Shown piece by piece: positions 62,645 to 64,000 of a DNA stretch of 64,000 nucleotides. The stretch is from Waterburya sp. (lineage in GTDB: Bacteria; Cyanobacteriota; Cyanobacteriia; Cyanobacteriales; Xenococcaceae): the NCBI GenBank assembly GCA_965217895.1, contig CBDCJV010000002.1, positions 64,001 to 128,000 of the forward strand. Direction: 5' to 3'. A model generated the notes under the pieces. It was not told the DNA's origin. It was given only the letters and a program-made list of their open reading frames with translations, and did no database searches. A program made the position numbers and the translations under genes. Numbering within the stretch: position 1 is the first letter of the stretch; each line of letters starts with the position of its first letter.

Positions 62645-62669
62645 GGGCGAAACGGCGTTTCGCCCCTAC
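62641..62669. repeat. GTAG-type REP hairpin
   Basis: GTAGGGGCGAAAC-GGC-GTTTCGCCCCTAC perfect 13-bp stem; supplies the TAG stop of the methyltransferase. Confidence 0.85.
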
Positions 62670-62741
62670 AATCATCAATTTTTACCGTTACCTTTTTCCA
62701 AAACACAATAAAAATGTAAATCATCAACATAAAAAACCTAA

Positions 62742-64000
62742 ATGTCGATCGCTTTATCTTTTATTTTCTTCTTAATTTTATTTACCGTAGTCGGACTTTA
62801 TGCTGCAACCCAAAAACAAGATACTACTGCGGACTATCTATTAGCAGGAAGAAACGTTAATCCTTGGGCGATCGCTTTGTCTGCTTTGTCTACTGGACAA
62901 AGTGGTTTTCTATTTACAGGGCAAGTAGGATACGCCTACACCCAGGGTTTATCAGCAATTTGGCTAGCGATCGGCTGGGCGATCGGCGATTATCTAGCTT
63001 GGACGTTTGTTTTTAAGCAGTTACGTCAAGTTTCAGAAGCATCTAACTCAGAAACTGTTCCTGCATTTCTGGCACAAAAGCAACCTGGTTATCGCTGGAT
63101 ATCTGTTATTTCAGCGTTAATTACAATTTTCTTTTTAGGTACTTATGCAGCAGCGCAACTATTGGCAGGGAGTAAAGCACTAAATAGTCTTTTTGATTGG
63201 GATTATGCCTGGGGTATTATCATTGGCGCAATTATTGTAGTTGTCTACTGCTTCTCTGGAGGCATTAGGGCATCAATTTGGACAGACTCCGTACAAACTA
63301 TCGTCATGATTGGTGCTTTGCTATTGTTGTTTACCGTCACTATTTTTGCCGGTGATGGAGTAGGTAACATATTCACCAAATTAGGACAGATAGATGCAAA
63401 CCTATTAGCTTTGTTTCCCTCGAATTTAGCCTGGGGATTTTTACCATTTTTCATCGGCTGGCTAGTGGCGGGATTTGGTGCTGTTGGACAGCCCCACATA
63501 GTAGTCAGGGCAATGGCACTGGATTCGGCTGATAATATGAACAAAGCACGAAATATCAGAACTATTTGCGGTTTTATTACTGCTTTTACCGCTATTTTTA
63601 TTGGCTTTGCAGCCAGAACAATATTACCAAACTTAAACGATCCAGAATTAGCTTTACTTAATTTATCTCAGGAATTGTTACCAGGAATATTAGTTGGAGT
63701 AATGCTAGCTGGCTTATTTGCTGCCACAATTTCTACTGCCGATTCCCAAATACTATCTTGTTCGGCTGCTTTGACTCAAGACTTGTTTCCAGGGTTAGCC
63801 AAGTCTTATAAATACGCCAAGATAGGTACTTTAGTAGTCACCGCAATTGTCTTAGTAATTGCGCTTGCCAACAACGATAGCGTGTTTGGTTTAATCACCT
63901 TTGCTTGGTCGATCTTAGCCTCTGGGTTAGGAGTCTTACTAATAGTAAGATGCTATGAAAAACCTGTCTCAACTCCTGCTGCGATCGCCATTATGATTTC
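62742..64000 (+). CDS. Sodium:solute symporter family protein (PutP/proline symporter-like), partial, runs off the window
   Basis: Manual translation MSIALSFIFFLILFTVVGLYAATQKQDTTADYLLAGRNVNPWAIALSALSTGQSG...; later SGGIRASIWTD, GQPH and AATISTADSQ motifs; absent from the ORF track because it has no stop in the window. Confidence 0.9.
   Translation, partial: MSIALSFIFFLILFTVVGLYAATQKQDTTADYLLAGRNVNPWAIALSALSTGQSGFLFTGQVGYAYTQGLSAIWLAIGWAIGDYLAWTFVFKQLRQVSEASNSETVPAFLAQKQPGYRWISVISALITIFFLGTYAAAQLLAGSKALNSLFDWDYAWGIIIGAIIVVVYCFSGGIRASIWTDSVQTIVMIGALLLLFTVTIFAGDGVGNIFTKLGQIDANLLALFPSNLAWGFLPFFIGWLVAGFGAVGQPHIVVRAMALDSADNMNKARNIRTICGFITAFTAIFIGFAARTILPNLNDPELALLNLSQELLPGILVGVMLAGLFAATISTADSQILSCSAALTQDLFPGLAKSYKYAKIGTLVVTAIVLVIALANNDSVFGLITFAWSILASGLGVLLIVRCYEKPVSTPAAIAIMI

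Overview
A 64-kb chromosomal segment of a cyanobacterium: AT-rich, with dense HIP1 GCGATCGC octamers; the gene content suggests a Pleurocapsales/Chroococcales-like lineage (inference). Core genes are the psaA 3' end and psaB, rsmG, mtnA, por, a dnaK3-dnaJ pair, tsaE, yvcK, ruvC and trpB. There are four accessory blocks. (1) A decayed type I (I-C-like) CRISPR-Cas locus: a cas3 pseudogene, a two-repeat/one-spacer array abutting the promoter of a yefM-yoeB toxin-antitoxin pair, and a short phage-like segment between array and cas3. (2) A glycosyltransferase/methyltransferase cluster containing sqdB without sqdX, possibly making a sulfoquinovose-containing glycan. (3) Signalling genes: a hybrid kinase, a REC-GAF-GGDEF-EAL protein, TPR-CHAT, STAND-TPR, a cNMP-methyltransferase fusion and a MshEN-like protein. 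(4) A mycosporine-like amino acid (MAA) cluster, mysABC, followed not by mysD/mysE but by a COMT-fold methyltransferase lacking the catalytic His-Asp and a Na+/solute symporter; a PhyH-family dioxygenase with an HxG motif lies about 6 kb upstream. Intergenic DNA holds small hairpin modules of fixed length (31, 42 and 45 nt) that recur with compensatory stem changes and nest inside each other's loops, including one empty/filled site pair visible within the window.
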